A stretch of DNA of 64,000 nt from Octopus sinensis (taxonomy: Eukaryota): NCBI RefSeq assembly GCF_006345805.1, contig NC_043004.1, forward strand, positions 75,330,001-75,394,000, in the 5' to 3' direction. Every line of letters starts with the position of its first letter. Position 1 is the first letter of the stretch. The notes below the pieces were generated by a model. That model was not told where the DNA came from, made no database searches, and was given only the letters and a program-made list of their open reading frames with translations. Both the position numbers and the translations under genes were made by a program. Of the stretch, positions 63,400 to 64,000 are shown piece by piece.

Positions 63400-64000
63400 A
63401 CACTTGTTTCGTATTCTACGAGGTTTCGTAAATTTCTCCCTCTAAGTATAGTATCTTTCTCTGATCTCTTTCACCACTCTCTTCGCCCGACGCTGTCTCT
63501 TCCGTTTTCATTCTTCTGTAGTGCTCCTTCTTCCTTACTAGTTGAAGGCAACGGTTCCTGAGTTCGCATTTCACTTGATTTTCCATTTTCTTTCTTGTTC
63601 TCTTCCTCGTTTGTTTTTCTTTTTTTCTCCTTGGGCCTTTTAGGTGATGATTCTAAGTTCTTTTTTCTTTTCACCACCGTAAATTATTCCTCTATTTTCT
63701 CCTCCTCTACAGATGTATTCTCTTCTTCTTGCATTTCTGTTATTTCCTCCTCGTGTTTCTGGGGACACTTGGCCTTCATACGTCCCCTTACTCCACACGC
63801 AAAACATATTGGAGGTCTACCCTCCACAACAATCCTTAATCTGGTCTCGTCTGGCAACCCCAGCTCTTCCACAATCTTATGAAGGTCTGGTAAGCTTATA
63901 TGGACTATTACTTCTAGCTCATATCCCCACTAATTCACCTCCGTAGTCTTCGACATTTTAAAAACTTTTGTATCTTCCTCTGTATGATAGAAGATGGCTG
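63400..64000 (-). mobile_element. LINE ORF1-like fragment with degenerate zinc knuckle and E/K-rich tail, running off the window end
   Basis: RIVVEGRPPICFACGVRGRMKAKCPQK (C-X2-C-X4-[H>R]-X4-C). Confidence 0.65.

Overview
AT-rich, repeat-dense eukaryotic DNA. The SINE families, microsatellite load and Penelope/RTE/Tx1/Dong relics point to an octopod cephalopod (inference). One host gene is clear: ten minus-strand exons of an LRP2/megalin-like LDL-receptor-family gene between 36845 and 2370. They give 1647 nt (about 549 codons), all with GT-AG sites and matching phases, encoding LDLa-LDLa-EGF-EGF-beta-propeller-EGF and the start of a second propeller. Neither the 5' exons nor the 3' exons were found in the window. 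The rest is intron or upstream DNA: a 5.7 kb 45-bp minisatellite with higher-order structure, mariner, Gypsy, RTE, CR1, Tx1-like, R4/Dong-like and Penelope fragments, Helitron/MITE-like elements and many SINEs. Best leads: (1) a near-perfect 340-bp palindrome with two mirror-image minimal hammerhead ribozymes, plus several other hammerhead relics; (2) a 57-bp triplication that copies an LRP2 splice donor; (3) a 293-bp near-identical inverted duplication bracketing an RTE LINE; (4) a 70-nt pre-miRNA-sized hairpin. All coordinates were read by eye and no searches were run.
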